In this document: positions 18,918 through 27,048 of the stretch, piece after piece
Layout of the letters: every line of letters starts with the position of its first letter
Numbering within the stretch: the stretch's first letter is position 1
From: a virus
DNA length: 64,000 nt
Virus record (IMG/VR): IMGVR_UViG_3300029267_002747
Location: 2,325-66,324 of that record
Direction: 5' to 3' (one strand)
Program-made: the position numbers and the translations under genes
The notes under the pieces: model-generated
Seen by the model: the letters and a program-made list of their open reading frames with translations, nothing else
Databases searched by the model: none
Told to the model about the DNA's origin: nothing

Positions 18918-19485
18918 CGGATATATGAACTTTGAACCAAAAAGTAAATACCAAACACCCCAAGATCCTGTTAAAGGCGTCGAAGAATTAAGACAAGCAC
19001 TTCATCATAAAACGACGCCATCAGAACAATTTGATGATGTACCCGCAGATACACTGCTACAAATGCCCCCGGAATTGGCTGCGAAATACACCTCGATGGT
19101 ACATTTCTTCGCATATAAACTCTTCAAAGTATGCATCGATAGCGGAAATGAAGGTTTGGCTTACTCTGTAATGACCGACCCACATTATCTGGGCTCATTA
19201 GGAATCAGGATTAAATATGCAGAAGGCGCAGAATACGAAGGGAAACCTCTAACTGAAAGACACTGTATAGTAAACACATACAGCTGGGAAATTCCTTTAG
19301 CTGTTACTCGGGTCATGGACACGTTCATGAAAGAGCAGCATAGCTGCAAAACTGCGCCCAAAATTAAGGAAATCTCATTCGGTCTTGCTGTGGAGGATGA
19401 CGATGGATCTACGACATTCGTAGAATTCTTCGATTCAGACTTGCACTCTGCACCTTTTGATCTGTCTATGATGCCTCCTGTATAA
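18910..19485 (+). CDS. hypothetical protein
   Basis: 191-aa ORF with GGAG SD. Confidence 0.72.
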   Translation: MIDGYMNFEPKSKYQTPQDPVKGVEELRQALHHKTTPSEQFDDVPADTLLQMPPELAAKYTSMVHFFAYKLFKVCIDSGNEGLAYSVMTDPHYLGSLGIRIKYAEGAEYEGKPLTERHCIVNTYSWEIPLAVTRVMDTFMKEQHSCKTAPKIKEISFGLAVEDDDGSTTFVEFFDSDLHSAPFDLSMMPPV

Positions 19486-19507
19486 CACAATAAAAAATGA
19501 CCTAATT

Positions 19508-20788
19508 ATGAAAACTTCCATCTACTCAGAAGGTACAGTCAGGGTGAAAAACCCAGACTACAACCTTATCCAAAAAGCCAAAAAAGAACTGTCATACACC
19601 AGCAAATGGGAAGATGGAAGTTCTATTGAGGCGTACCAATGGGATCAACAGAAAAAAATCCTGAGACTTCCTCGGTATTGGAAACATACACCGAAACCTC
19701 GGCAGCTTAAAGAACCTATGCATTTTGACAGTGAATATCCATTCCTGGGTAAGCTATTCCCCCACCAAGCAGAGAGTTGGCCGCATCTTAAGGATGCGCT
19801 CGATAAATTGCGAGGGGCTGTAGGGACTGCTCCCCCGGGTAGTGGTAAGACTGTTATGGGCCTGTATGCTATCCACGATCTGTGCCCTCGACGAGCTATT
19901 ATTGTCGTTGACACAGACTCAGTGAGACGCCAGTGGATAGCAGCAGGCCATAGATTTCTTGATGTAGAGATCAAGAAATTAAAATTTGATGCGCCTATTA
20001 CAGAAGGCATATGGGTGACAACTTATGCCGCTATGGCTAAACACCCGGAACTCTGTCATGAGGCAGAATTAATGATATTAGACGAGGCGGATAAGGTGTC
20101 CGCCCCTAAATTTGTTAACACAATTTTCGGAATCAATTTCAGGATATCCCTGGCCCTTACCGCTACGCCAGATCGACAAGATAACTTGGATATTGTATAC
20201 CGAATTATGGCTGCACCTCTTTTGGTGCCGCTAGGAAGCAACAGCTTCACACCAGAAGTTCATATGGTTCCTTACGTGCATGATTATGGGTACGGAAAGT
20301 ACCTCATGGGTAAGGATAAATTCCTCAGGATTTTGGCCTTATCGAAAAATCTTGAGAGAAATGACTGGTTGGTAGAAATGATATATCGGGCTCATCAAAG
20401 AGGTCGAAAAATCATTGGACTATCAAAATACAAACAACAACTTTACAACATACAACAACTACTTAAGGATAAACATGGAATCAACGCCGGAATGTACACC
20501 GGAGACCAATCTCAATCAGAACTTGAGAAGTCAAAACAATGTAATGTTATCTTGGCTACAAGCCAAAAAGGCGGACGAGGCCTCGATATCCCGGACCTCG
20601 ACGCTCTTGTGCTGTTGGTCCCTCACTTGGATGCTCGACAGCAAATTGGGAGGATTATGCGGCCCAAGGGTAAAACCCCGCAAGTCCTAGACCCGATTGA
20701 TTACAATATAGCTAATTTAGAAAACCAGGCCCTGGCTAGAAAGAAAATCTACCAGGAGTCTGGTTATATTATCCACCAAGGAGATTAA
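19508..20788 (+). CDS. superfamily 2 DNA helicase (UvsW/ResIII-like)
   Basis: APPGSGKT, ILDEAD, LTATP, RGLDIP, QQIGRIMR. Confidence 0.92.
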   Translation: MKTSIYSEGTVRVKNPDYNLIQKAKKELSYTSKWEDGSSIEAYQWDQQKKILRLPRYWKHTPKPRQLKEPMHFDSEYPFLGKLFPHQAESWPHLKDALDKLRGAVGTAPPGSGKTVMGLYAIHDLCPRRAIIVVDTDSVRRQWIAAGHRFLDVEIKKLKFDAPITEGIWVTTYAAMAKHPELCHEAELMILDEADKVSAPKFVNTIFGINFRISLALTATPDRQDNLDIVYRIMAAPLLVPLGSNSFTPEVHMVPYVHDYGYGKYLMGKDKFLRILALSKNLERNDWLVEMIYRAHQRGRKIIGLSKYKQQLYNIQQLLKDKHGINAGMYTGDQSQSELEKSKQCNVILATSQKGGRGLDIPDLDALVLLVPHLDARQQIGRIMRPKGKTPQVLDPIDYNIANLENQALARKKIYQESGYIIHQGD

Positions 20789-20790
20789 AC

Positions 20791-21318
20791 ATGGGTCTTG
20801 TAAACAAACCTGTCGCTAAGGAACTTATACAAAAAGCAGGGGCTGTAGTCCTTCCAATAATTGGTCAATGGATGTCTAAGAAGTGGAAGGCCAGTTTTGG
20901 AATCCACAGAACAGACGAAAAAGGGAATCCAAGATCTATCCGATTAAAGATACAGAGAGGGAATGAAGAAAAGATTGTTGAGATATCGACTGAAGATATC
21001 ATGTTCAACAAAGGTGAGGAAATTCGGAAAATAATTCTAGAAGCTGAATTTAAAATCCCTGACCCTTCCAAGGAAGAAGACGACGAAGACTCAAAAACTC
21101 TGGAACACACAGAGAATCTTGACAATGATGACCTTGAAGATTTTAAGGAGCCCGTAGATGAAGAACCTGTAGATTCTGAAAAAATGGAACCCAGTTTCTT
21201 TAATAAATTGGTCCGAAAAGCTGAAAGCTTCTTAGATCCCAAACCAGCTGAGAAAGAAAAAGAAAAGAATGAGCAAAAAACCGACGACGATGCTGGACCG
21301 GAAGTTCCAGAACATTGA
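20791..21318 (+). CDS. hypothetical protein with acidic C-terminus
   Basis: 175-aa ORF with AAGGAG SD. Confidence 0.72.
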   Translation: MGLVNKPVAKELIQKAGAVVLPIIGQWMSKKWKASFGIHRTDEKGNPRSIRLKIQRGNEEKIVEISTEDIMFNKGEEIRKIILEAEFKIPDPSKEEDDEDSKTLEHTENLDNDDLEDFKEPVDEEPVDSEKMEPSFFNKLVRKAESFLDPKPAEKEKEKNEQKTDDDAGPEVPEH

Positions 21319-21493
21319 CTTTTTGACCAGAGATGGCTATGAAAAGGCGATAAACATCGTCCAAACTGAATTCAAATTCTCTAAAGAAACTTCCAGGGAT
21401 ATTGTTGACTTATGGTTGGCAGAATCAGGTGCAAATTTGCCTTCCCAGAATGCACAAATTATCCCACTGAAAACAGAGCTTCATTATGGCTAA
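21269..21493 (+). CDS. small hypothetical protein
   Basis: 74-aa ORF bridging two genes. Confidence 0.55.
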   Translation: MSKKPTTMLDRKFQNIDFLTRDGYEKAINIVQTEFKFSKETSRDIVDLWLAESGANLPSQNAQIIPLKTELHYG

Positions 21494-22361
21494 AAGAATT
21501 AAAGTTAAATCAGCGGCGGCTTCTTTGATGGCCAAGCATAAAAACCTGGTGAGAAAACCGCCGCTTCCCACATGGATAGAGCCGCCATTCAGTGTCATAG
21601 ACTTAGTGAAAGAAGGGGCAGAACTGGTCTATGACAAAGAAGCTGAGATCCGAGCGGAGCAGAAGTTAATTGTACATGCTTCTGAACTAGCCTCTTGGTG
21701 CCCCAGAAACTTTCTCTTCAAAGATAGAGAGATGGCTCGTGCTGCTCGGGGATTGGTTAAATTAGTCCCCAGTAAAGTTCCGGCCAGCACTCGGTTTCTC
21801 TTTGATCGAGGAAACGCCTACCACGACATGATACGAGGGTACATAAGGAATACAGGAACACTGTATGGCAATTGGAAATGCTTAGTTTGTAAGCACGAAG
21901 CCGAGGGGCTGGCCCAAGACTTCCTTGAATGTCCTGAATGCCGTAGTCCTCATGTAATCTATGATGAATTATCTATGACTCGTGAATACTCCGGCATTAC
22001 TGTTATGGGGCATTGTGATGCTTTCATAAAAAATGAGGTCATTAACCCTGTCGTGGAAATAAAGTCCAAAAATTCCAGATCTTTTGGGTACTTGGCTGTC
22101 CCAGATTCTTCGCACATTATTCAGATGCAAGTCTATCTGTGGCTATTCAGAGCCAGGGCTGGTTGCATTCTTTATGTCGGAGAAGATTGCGCAATGAAAG
22201 AATATTGGTACCAATGGAACCCGGAATTTGGTAAATGGGTCAATGAACAACTAAAACAAGTGTCAAAACTTAAGGACCCACACAAAGCTCCTAGAGCTTG
22301 TATAAATGATGAATGTACTCAAGCCTCACGATGTCCGTGGCGCGAAGAGTGCTTTGAATAG
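21486..22361 (+). CDS. Cas4-like PD-(D/E)xK exonuclease (stand-alone, phage type)
   Basis: HASEL..CPR, GNAYH, GHCD, EIKS, QMQVY, C-terminal C...C..CPW...C cluster; internal CLVC/CPEC ribbon. Confidence 0.85.
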   Translation: MAKRIKVKSAAASLMAKHKNLVRKPPLPTWIEPPFSVIDLVKEGAELVYDKEAEIRAEQKLIVHASELASWCPRNFLFKDREMARAARGLVKLVPSKVPASTRFLFDRGNAYHDMIRGYIRNTGTLYGNWKCLVCKHEAEGLAQDFLECPECRSPHVIYDELSMTREYSGITVMGHCDAFIKNEVINPVVEIKSKNSRSFGYLAVPDSSHIIQMQVYLWLFRARAGCILYVGEDCAMKEYWYQWNPEFGKWVNEQLKQVSKLKDPHKAPRACINDECTQASRCPWREECFE

Positions 22362-22375
22362 AACAGGATAGAGAT

Positions 22376-23872
22376 ATGACAAAGAAGAAAGTGGCGAAGA
22401 AAAAGACTTCAAAAGCTGTCGCCAAAACATCTAAACACACCGGAGGTAAACAAAAGATCCTCGACACAACAGCTGTATCCACCACAACAGCAAATCCACA
22501 AAAAGTGGATACCCGGGCTATCATGGCTGATGAAAACGAGTCCTATGGCCTCATGGAGGATTACGTGGGTGCAGATAAGCTCTGCCTAACCAATGAAGAG
22601 CTCATCGAAGAAACCAACAGGCTTATCACATCTGAACAGGAAGTTAAATTCCTTCTGGCTTTCCGGGCCTATCAGACAAAGGTTCGGGCTACTGAAATGT
22701 GCAAGGCACTGGGATTAGAGTCCCTAAAAGATTTGGTAGAACAAGAATTACCAAGACTCAGCTTTGGTCAGTTCAATCAGTACACCAAAGCATTTTCCTT
22801 ACTTTTGACTCTCCAAGTACACAGCGAAGTCTTGGACATTATTCATTTCGGACGACTCATCCAATTAGCTCCGTTAATCGAGTCAGGCATTGTCAATCCT
22901 GACAATTTCGAAGCTAACTGGCTGCCTAAGATCGCAAAAGATACCAAGGACAGTTCACAGAGTTTCACAGATACCGTAAAAGCACTCAAAACTCATACGG
23001 ACGAAGAAACTCAAGAAGAGAAGATGCGAATGGCTTTTGAAGTCCCGGCAGATACAGGCAAATTCCTTCTGCAGGCCAAAGAGCAATTCAAAGCCCAAAC
23101 CGGGGGAGTTGTAACTGATGGAGATTTCTATACGCGGACAGCTGTATCCTGGATGGCTTCTGAATCGAATGTTGAGGGTGCAAAAGCTCTGGGTCTTAAG
23201 TCTGCTGTGGACGGAATCCGGACTGCATACAATGTAGAGATGATTATCCTGTCCAGAGAAGATAATGAGGCTGTCAAAGACGGCGTCTTAGGCCTTGTGG
23301 TAGCAAAAATACCGAATCCTAATGGTTCAGGTCAAACCGTTGTCTGTGGACAGTCTGAGGAGGCTATAGCGGCTTTCTACGGATGTGAAGAAAAAGATAT
23401 TGAGGTCGTTCCGACAGATACTCAGTGTCTCTTCGGGGCTGTATTAGGGAAACTCAACGAAACAGTTGTTGCACCTACCCCCAAAGACTCCGCAGAAATC
23501 CAAGCTCAAGTAGATACGTCCGGACTGGATGACGGTGATATCCATACCCAAGCCCAGGCTGCGGCTGACTCCATGCTGGGCAGGATCATGTCTATGGATC
23601 CAGACCAAAGAAGTGACTATGTCCTGGACAACTTGGAAGATGAGCCGTTCAAAGAGACTATGGTCGAAGATTACAGTATCGACGATCTAGACGAGTACGA
23701 AGCAGAATTCTCCAAGGAAGAGAACCCTATGGTGTGGCATACGCTATTGGTGAACTACTACACCAGAACTCTAGGGGGGACCCCGAAGAAAACGACAAAA
23801 AAGAAAACCACCAGGAAGAAAACTTCAAAAAAGAAGGTTTCAAAGAAAAAGAAAGTTTCAAAAACTAAATAA
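22376..23872 (+). CDS. hypothetical protein with histone H1-like Lys-rich N- and C-tails
   Basis: MTKKKVAKKKTSK... at the N-terminus and ...KKTTKKKTTRKKTSKKKVSKKKKVSKTK at the C-terminus around an acidic core. Confidence 0.8.
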   Translation: MTKKKVAKKKTSKAVAKTSKHTGGKQKILDTTAVSTTTANPQKVDTRAIMADENESYGLMEDYVGADKLCLTNEELIEETNRLITSEQEVKFLLAFRAYQTKVRATEMCKALGLESLKDLVEQELPRLSFGQFNQYTKAFSLLLTLQVHSEVLDIIHFGRLIQLAPLIESGIVNPDNFEANWLPKIAKDTKDSSQSFTDTVKALKTHTDEETQEEKMRMAFEVPADTGKFLLQAKEQFKAQTGGVVTDGDFYTRTAVSWMASESNVEGAKALGLKSAVDGIRTAYNVEMIILSREDNEAVKDGVLGLVVAKIPNPNGSGQTVVCGQSEEAIAAFYGCEEKDIEVVPTDTQCLFGAVLGKLNETVVAPTPKDSAEIQAQVDTSGLDDGDIHTQAQAAADSMLGRIMSMDPDQRSDYVLDNLEDEPFKETMVEDYSIDDLDEYEAEFSKEENPMVWHTLLVNYYTRTLGGTPKKTTKKKTTRKKTSKKKVSKKKKVSKTK

Positions 23873-23887
23873 TGCTCGTTACAATCC

Positions 23888-23921
23888 AGGGGCCTCATTA
23901 AAGGGGGCCCCTTCTATTTTT
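23888..23921 (+). terminator. intrinsic terminator
   Basis: AGGGGCCTC...GGGGCCCCT followed by TCTATTTTT. Confidence 0.7.
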
Positions 23922-23944
23922 ACTTTGAATCGAGAGGTTAAATA

Positions 23945-24535
23945 ATGACAGGAATGGGACCACAAACTCCTAACCCACTGGAAGCAATGTTCGGAACACA
24001 AGAAATGATTGAACCGGCATTCCCTCAACATAACCAAGGGGCCTCGGACCTAAATCCAGCCTTCCAACAACAAATGCAGGAAAATCTTGCTGCAGAATAT
24101 GCGGAAAAACAGAAAGAAATCTCATTTCCTCAGCCAGACCTCCTTAGTGAAATATTCAAAGGTGATTGGAGTGTCACAGCGACAGTTGTTAACTTCACTT
24201 TGGGTATGATAGAAGGCGCTGATCCGAACAATCCTTTGCCAGAGGCCTCCGCCATTGTTCAGTTTTATTGTATAATCGAGTATGATGCACCAACGGACCA
24301 GGGCGGAACTACTCCAGCATTACATGCAGTTCCGATTTCGGATGAGGTGAAAATCGGAATTCCATATTTATACCTTGCAAAATTTAAACGACCAGATAAA
24401 GTATCTATTGCAGATGTGGAAGTTATTATACAGAAGCTGTTTAGCAATTGTAAAATTACGAGTGAGCCGCCAAGGACACTTGAAAAATTGTTAAAACCAG
24501 CTGAACCTTTTAGTGGTGATTACCGAAGAGATTGA
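23945..24535 (+). CDS. hypothetical protein
   Basis: 196-aa ORF with GAGGT SD. Confidence 0.75.
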   Translation: MTGMGPQTPNPLEAMFGTQEMIEPAFPQHNQGASDLNPAFQQQMQENLAAEYAEKQKEISFPQPDLLSEIFKGDWSVTATVVNFTLGMIEGADPNNPLPEASAIVQFYCIIEYDAPTDQGGTTPALHAVPISDEVKIGIPYLYLAKFKRPDKVSIADVEVIIQKLFSNCKITSEPPRTLEKLLKPAEPFSGDYRRD

Positions 24536-25080
24536 GGATGTCTAATGGGAATGCACAAATATGGAACCGAGGATGTTTGCCCGGAATGCGGATGCGAACA
24601 TCTCCACTCAGTGAAATATGCCCAGAGCGATGGGCAGAGGAGTTCGACAAGGCGATGCAGCGATTGCGGGTGGCAGAGTCCGAACGTCCTAAATCTTACA
24701 GAAACCGCGCCTCTAGACACCTCTACAGATACATCTCAGTCCGGACCTCCAAAATCGGATGGCACTGGTTCAACCGAGCGTGCGGAGTAAACTCTTACGC
24801 TTCTGGAATGAGGGTTATCTGCAACCATCTACTGCTGGAAAACCCTAAACTCCCTGAATATGATTGGCATGAAAAGCGCAATTTAATCAGCAGAGACTTC
24901 CCTGTATTGAAATGTGTAGCAAAAGATCTGCTTTACGTAGCTCGAGGATTCAACTTAGATAGATCTTTGTATATTGGTATGGCTATCGAGAATTTAAGTT
25001 ATCGACAAATAAGCTTAAATGATCGAATTATGGATATGTTCGTTAGACCTGTAGAGAAATATGGAAAAAATGGCGGATAA
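24532..25080 (+). CDS. hypothetical protein, possibly DNA-binding; start uncertain
   Basis: 182-aa ORF, the only frame covering 24790-25060. Confidence 0.6.
   Translation: MRMSNGNAQIWNRGCLPGMRMRTSPLSEICPERWAEEFDKAMQRLRVAESERPKSYRNRASRHLYRYISVRTSKIGWHWFNRACGVNSYASGMRVICNHLLLENPKLPEYDWHEKRNLISRDFPVLKCVAKDLLYVARGFNLDRSLYIGMAIENLSYRQISLNDRIMDMFVRPVEKYGKNGG
24545..24790 (+). CDS. possible Zn-ribbon protein overlapping the previous ORF
   Basis: CPEC-x23-CSDC; GAGGA lies 6 nt before the ATG. Confidence 0.4.
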   Translation: MGMHKYGTEDVCPECGCEHLHSVKYAQSDGQRSSTRRCSDCGWQSPNVLNLTETAPLDTSTDTSQSGPPKSDGTGSTERAE

Positions 25081-25498
25081 CAAAAAAGTTGTAATTCCCG
25101 GAGAAGAGCATCCTTGGCTGGGAGGCAGCACCTGGGACAGAGTTACACTTCACGGAACTAAGGCGGGTAGAATGAAATTCAAACTACCTAATTGTGTCCT
25201 GGATGTAACCATTAACGAGATGGACTCCACACCAGAATACTGGTACATTTCCCTGCACTTCATAGGGACCTCCTATAATTTCCATAATGAATTAAGTGAT
25301 TTCCTCGAAGGATATATTAGAGATTGTAAACCTGTCGGCACAGTAGGCATCGCACCAAACCCGTACTATCGGAACACAGACATAAACTTCACGTTTATCC
25401 ACCGAAAGTTGATAGGAATTACATTTGACCTCATTTTGAATAGATTGGATAAGAGTTATGGAATGACCGAGATTCCCATTGATTCAGAAAGCCAATAA
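25061..25498 (+). CDS. hypothetical protein
   Basis: 145-aa ORF abutting the sigma gene. Confidence 0.7.
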   Translation: MEKMADNKKVVIPGEEHPWLGGSTWDRVTLHGTKAGRMKFKLPNCVLDVTINEMDSTPEYWYISLHFIGTSYNFHNELSDFLEGYIRDCKPVGTVGIAPNPYYRNTDINFTFIHRKLIGITFDLILNRLDKSYGMTEIPIDSESQ

Positions 25499-26230
25499 AT
25501 GTCAGGTCCAAAATCATATTCTCATTTTCCAGGGAAAGGTTTCGATTCAGAAGCGGTTAATGCCTTCATCGAAGCTACACCAGCAGGCCGAAGATTAACC
25601 AAAAAAGAAGAAGCTGACTATATCCGAGAAGCCCAGGCCGGGGATGACTCGGCAAAAGAGGCTTTAGTCAGAGCCAGTTACCGACTCATAACCAATGAAG
25701 TAACTAATTTTGTCCAAAGGCACCGACACGGTCAAGCAAACGAAGAGACCTTATGGCTAAGCGCATACAGCCACGCCATAGTCAAACTTTATGATGCGAT
25801 CAACCGTTTTGATTTGTCTTTTGGGACTCGATTCATCACCTTCGCAATGAGTTGGATACGTTTGGGGATCAGAAAAGAAATCTTCCATGACGCCCAGAGA
25901 CATCGACCTATCCGGAATTTCCAAGACAAAACAGAAGCAGCGTATGTAGATGTCGAAGAGGCGCTACATCTGGAAGATCGATCCGGGGTGAAAGATAACA
26001 AAGACCTTATTGATCAGCTGATAACTGTGGTCAATAATGGTGTGCTCGATGAAACAGAACGATTCGTAATCAAATGTCGATACGGTATTGATAGTTTCGA
26101 GCATACAAATGAAGAGATCGGCTCTGTGCTGGGACTAAAAACCACAAGAGTTTCAGATATAGAAAGCCGAGCGCTGCGTAAACTTTTCGTTAAGCTGCGC
26201 CCGGCCGTCGTAGATAATGATGGCTTCTAA
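25499..26230 (+). CDS. sigma70-family RNA polymerase sigma factor
   Basis: Region 1.2-like LTKKEE...AQAGDDSAKEALV; region 2 LYDAINRFD..GTRFITFAMSWIR; region 4 ERFVIKCRYG..TNEEIGSVLGL...RVSDIESRALRKL. Confidence 0.92.
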   Translation: MSGPKSYSHFPGKGFDSEAVNAFIEATPAGRRLTKKEEADYIREAQAGDDSAKEALVRASYRLITNEVTNFVQRHRHGQANEETLWLSAYSHAIVKLYDAINRFDLSFGTRFITFAMSWIRLGIRKEIFHDAQRHRPIRNFQDKTEAAYVDVEEALHLEDRSGVKDNKDLIDQLITVVNNGVLDETERFVIKCRYGIDSFEHTNEEIGSVLGLKTTRVSDIESRALRKLFVKLRPAVVDNDGF

Positions 26231-27037
26231 TTAACCCTGCGTTGCACCTTCGCCGAGTGACTGTACCTTAATCGGAACAACCCTACTAAACACACCATTG
26301 AGAACCTCAGAGATCAGGACAGCTCCTGAGCTGATATTCAGCCCGTGGTTCTCGATCTTCACGTTCTCCATGTAGAATGAACCGTATGGTTTGTTGTTAG
26401 CGCTCTTCAACACCACAACAAATCCAGTTGGCTGATTGAATACCAAAGATAGGAGGTTAATCCAGAAGTCTCTGTTATTGTTATTGCCATTTGGATCAAA
26501 ATCAGCAGTCCATTTGGTGGCGTTTCCGTAACCAGGCCTATCGAAGGTTGAGATATCCGGGAAGTCTGGGAAACCGGTGTCGCTAGGACTGTTCTCGTTG
26601 AGCTGGTGAGCAAAAGAATCAATCTTATTCTTTGGAGCGTAAGCATACATCAGACGCATCAAAGATGGTCCGAAGTAAGCTACACGATTCACAGAGAAGT
26701 TTGCCCTCATCCTGCCATCAACAAAATACCGGAGTCGGCTGCCAATCTCAAAGACCTCCTGTTGAGGCTTCAACTGACCCATTGTGAAATCCTGAAGAAT
26801 ACCAATAGGTACCAGCGTTGAATAAGACTGCGCCTTATCTGTCGCTTTAGACCCTTTGATTTCCTCATCAGTCTGAGTACCAGCGCTGGTCTGGATTTCA
26901 TTAATGCTTAACTGGGAAAGTCTTGGCGGAGCGGCAAGAATCAGGGCTGATTCCGCTGAAATATGCTCGCCATCCACAACCTCTGAATGGACGTGTTGTG
27001 AAGACCAGTTCCAATTAGCTAAAGTAGTGCTCGCCAT
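26231..27037 (-). CDS. tail tube protein
   Basis: Directly downstream of the sheath; IGILQDFTMGQ..QQEVFEIGS..RYFVDGR tube-like pattern. Confidence 0.7.
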   Translation of the reverse strand: MASTTLANWNWSSQHVHSEVVDGEHISAESALILAAPPRLSQLSINEIQTSAGTQTDEEIKGSKATDKAQSYSTLVPIGILQDFTMGQLKPQQEVFEIGSRLRYFVDGRMRANFSVNRVAYFGPSLMRLMYAYAPKNKIDSFAHQLNENSPSDTGFPDFPDISTFDRPGYGNATKWTADFDPNGNNNNRDFWINLLSLVFNQPTGFVVVLKSANNKPYGSFYMENVKIENHGLNISSGAVLISEVLNGVFSRVVPIKVQSLGEGATQG

Positions 27038-27048
27038 AATATATTACC

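Noticed and set aside
21486-22361. CRISPR-Cas system suggested by the Cas4-like gene
   Set aside because: No repeat-spacer array or other cas genes; the gene sits in a recombination context.
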